The position numbers were made by a program, and so were the translations under genes. Below, in pieces: positions 62,091-64,000 of a stretch of 64,000 bases of DNA (the stretch's first letter is position 1; each line of letters begins with the position of its first letter). The stretch lies in NCBI GenBank assembly GCA_015521325.1, contig WAOK01000002.1, forward strand, positions 901 to 64,900, given 5' to 3'. The notes beneath the pieces are model-generated. The model was given only the letters and a program-made list of their open reading frames with translations. It was not told the DNA's origin and searched no databases. This DNA is from Desulfurococcales archaeon (GTDB lineage: Archaea > Thermoproteota > Thermoprotei_A > Sulfolobales > NBVN01).

Positions 62091-62756
62091 TTAATGAATA
62101 GAGCCAGAAGCCCTCCTATAAATTCCGTAGAGGGATGGAAGAACGCCGTACCTGACAGCCGGAGCGACCAGCTCCGGCCTATCCGTAGTAATGAAGTCAG
62201 CACCGGCTTCAACGAGCCTCATTGCGGTGGCTGCGTCGTTAATGGTCCAGACCATGATGCCCAGTCCTCTTTCCTTGAACTCACGGATCAGTTCCTCATC
62301 CACGAAGGAGTAGTGTATGGAAGCACCCTTACCCCCGGCCTCCTCGACGACTTCCCAGGGCCTCACAGGTCTCGAGTGTATTGTTGGGTAAACAACATGT
62401 CCCCACTCCACCGCTAGCTGGCGGAGAAGGAGGTGGTTCTTCGAAGTGAATATGACGTCACCAACGCCCTCGAATGCCTGTGGCGGGGCCGTCTTTATGT
62501 CGAGCACGACGACCTTAGCCCCCATTTCCCTTGCCGCATCAAGGACCTCCGCCACTCTATACCTCCTAAGCCTCGTCGTGAATGCCTGAAGAACCCACCT
62601 AGCGACCGCGCCGCTGAGCCTTTTGGGCTGGTTCTCGGGCGGGTGAGCTATATCGGGCCAAAAAACATCTATCTCCACCCCGTCAGCCCCCGAGCTAAGA
62701 TATCGGGCCACCTTGCTTGGCGTGTTAGCAGCGTGACCCACTACCAGCGCGCTCAT
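62091..62756 (-). CDS. glycerophosphodiester phosphodiesterase-family protein
   Basis: GADGVEIDV and MVWTINDA motifs of the GDPD TIM barrel. 4-nt overlap with iorB. Confidence 0.7.
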   Translation of the reverse strand: MSALVVGHAANTPSKVARYLSSGADGVEIDVFWPDIAHPPENQPKRLSGAVARWVLQAFTTRLRRYRVAEVLDAAREMGAKVVVLDIKTAPPQAFEGVGDVIFTSKNHLLLRQLAVEWGHVVYPTIHSRPVRPWEVVEEAGGKGASIHYSFVDEELIREFKERGLGIMVWTINDAATAMRLVEAGADFITTDRPELVAPAVRYGVLPSLYGIYRRASGSIH

Positions 62757-63358
62757 TCCTTGGCCAGCTCCTTACCCCTATAGTACGCCCGTATTGATGT
62801 CTCCACTGCCTTAGGCCTAAGTATCGCCGATATGCCGGCCTCAACAGACTCGTCCTTTAGGATACCTACGAGGCCATTCACGTAACCGAGGAGAACCATG
62901 TTTGCGGCCCTGTAGTTGCCTAGCTTCCTAGCCTCTCCCACGGCGTCCACGAAACGGATTGAGGGGAATGCCTCCCTCAGCTCCTCAACCAGCTCCTCCT
63001 TACTGGGCCTCGGCGCTATGCCCAGTGAGGAACTGACAGGCGGCTTGAGCGTTAAGGCCGCGACGGCCACACCCCCTTTCCTCACGTAGTGGATCCTCCT
63101 AAGGGCCTCGACTAGCTCCATCCCAATGAAGACGTCAGCCTCTCCAGGGCCGAATAGAGGCGAGGTAACATCCTCCCCTATCCGTACAAAGCTCATGACA
63201 GAGCCGAAGCGCTGCGCCATCCCCAGGGTCTCACCGGTGCGGACGCTCAGGCCCTCAGCAACCGCTGCCGCCGCTATTACCCTCGAGAGTGTGAGGCCTC
63301 CCTGCCCCCCAACGGAGGCAATCAATATGTTTAGGATCCTCTCAGCCATCGTGATCAC
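62753..63358 (-). CDS. iorB: indolepyruvate:ferredoxin oxidoreductase beta subunit (2-oxoacid:Fd oxidoreductase gamma-domain)
   Basis: ILIASVGGQGGLTLSRVIA motif, about 200 aa, immediately after the iorA-like gene. Confidence 0.8.
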   Translation of the reverse strand: MITMAERILNILIASVGGQGGLTLSRVIAAAAVAEGLSVRTGETLGMAQRFGSVMSFVRIGEDVTSPLFGPGEADVFIGMELVEALRRIHYVRKGGVAVAALTLKPPVSSSLGIAPRPSKEELVEELREAFPSIRFVDAVGEARKLGNYRAANMVLLGYVNGLVGILKDESVEAGISAILRPKAVETSIRAYYRGKELAKE

Positions 63359-64000
63359 CTCCTCTCAACTCTAATGATCGCGTCGTACGGGCAGTACCTG
63401 GCACACAGGCCACAGCCGGTGCAGTCCTCCTCCATTATCCTCACCTTCCCGTCCTCGGCCACGTAGAGCGCTGGACAGCCAGTTACCCTGACGCAGGCCA
63501 TGCACGATGTGCACTTCTCTGGCAAGACCCTGTAGACAGCCTTCACACCCTTTACCCTCGCCTCCCACAGGGCACACGGGTGCTTCATGATCACTACCTT
63601 GACGCCGGGCTTCTTCACAGCCTCCTTAACGACCTCTATAGCCTTGTCTATGTCATACGGGTCCACGATATAGACATGCTCTACGCCGATCGCCTTAACG
63701 ACCTCCTCTATCTTAACAGGCCTTGCCTCCCTCCCCGTCTCTGTCCTCGCCCAAGCCGGAGTGGACTGGTGGCCTGTCATCGCTATTATGTCGTTGTCGA
63801 GGATCATCACAAGGAGGTCGATTCTTTTATGAACAGCCTCGATAAGTGACTGAAGGCCCGCATGGTAGAAGGTCGAGTCACCTATGACGGCGACCACAGG
63901 TCCCTCAAAGCCCCCGATCTTGAGGCCAGCGGCCATCGAGATCGATGCTCCCATGCTGTGCTCCGTCCATATGGCCTCAAGCGGCGGGCTTACGCCTAGT
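63355..64000 (-). CDS. iorA: indolepyruvate:ferredoxin oxidoreductase alpha subunit, C-terminal part (gene continues beyond window)
   Basis: TPP-binding region (MGASISMAAG, GDSTFYHAG) and two C-terminal ferredoxin motifs (CTSCMACVRVTGCP, CTGCGLCARYCP). The reading frame stays open upstream of the track's Met to position 64000. Confidence 0.8.
   Translation of the reverse strand, partial: LGVSPPLEAIWTEHSMGASISMAAGLKIGGFEGPVVAVIGDSTFYHAGLQSLIEAVHKRIDLLVMILDNDIIAMTGHQSTPAWARTETGREARPVKIEEVVKAIGVEHVYIVDPYDIDKAIEVVKEAVKKPGVKVVIMKHPCALWEARVKGVKAVYRVLPEKCTSCMACVRVTGCPALYVAEDGKVRIMEEDCTGCGLCARYCPYDAIIRVERR

Noticed and set aside
1-64000. Search for tRNA, rRNA, CRISPR arrays, transposases/integrases and long direct or inverted repeats.
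   Set aside because: No cloverleaf-like GC-rich segments, no regularly spaced repeats and no transposase/integrase motifs seen by eye. The non-coding gaps are all under 240 bp and mostly AT-rich promoter-like sequence. A computational scan (tRNAscan-SE, Infernal, a CRISPR finder, a repeat finder) is still needed to be sure.

Overview
This is a densely packed, visibly GC-rich archaeal chromosomal segment, most likely from a hyperthermophilic crenarchaeon (Thermoprotei-like). The archaeal assignment rests on several markers: archaeal riboflavin synthase, split archaeal PheRS, Hel308, a thiolase/DUF35 pair, a beta-CASP aCPSF-like nuclease, an ApTPx-type peroxiredoxin, an Mbx-type complex, TATA-like AT islands 20-35 nt upstream of many starts, and frequent GTG/TTG starts with 1-40 nt gene overlaps. 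I support about 75 protein genes. I found no rRNA, tRNA, CRISPR array, transposase or integrase by eye.

Main blocks:
- 7.6-16.1 kb: a 13-gene Mbx/MBS-like membrane respiratory complex (Mrp antiporter module plus a NuoBCDI/H-like module). Its 'large subunit' keeps only 2 of the 4 NiFe cysteines.
- Mevalonate-pathway genes scattered across the window: a class II HMG-CoA reductase at 16.9 kb, thiolase/DUF35 at 31.6 kb and mevalonate kinase at 58.1 kb.
- folP flanked by two Cys-rich paralogous small ORFs, followed by a stand-alone NurA-HerA pair and two orphan genes (18.9-24.9 kb).
- pheS/pheT.
- A livFGMHK-type amino-acid ABC operon (37.9-42.8 kb).
- gdhA and hel308.
- A PDH1-type four-subunit proline-dehydrogenase/sarcosine-oxidase-like operon (54.7-58.0 kb).
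- Peroxiredoxin, and iorAB at the 3' edge.

Best candidates for undescribed biology:
1. An overlapping pair of paralogous zinc-ribbon / C-terminal-TM proteins (52.5-54.7 kb).
2. The NurA-HerA module with its orphan neighbours.
3. The CRPxLC small-protein paralogs bracketing folP.
4. A 220-aa orphan translationally coupled to thiolase/DUF35, where HMG-CoA synthase is usually found.
5. A MacB-type ABC ATPase with no permease, coupled instead to a bitopic surface protein.

All functional calls come from motif recognition by eye. No database search was run.
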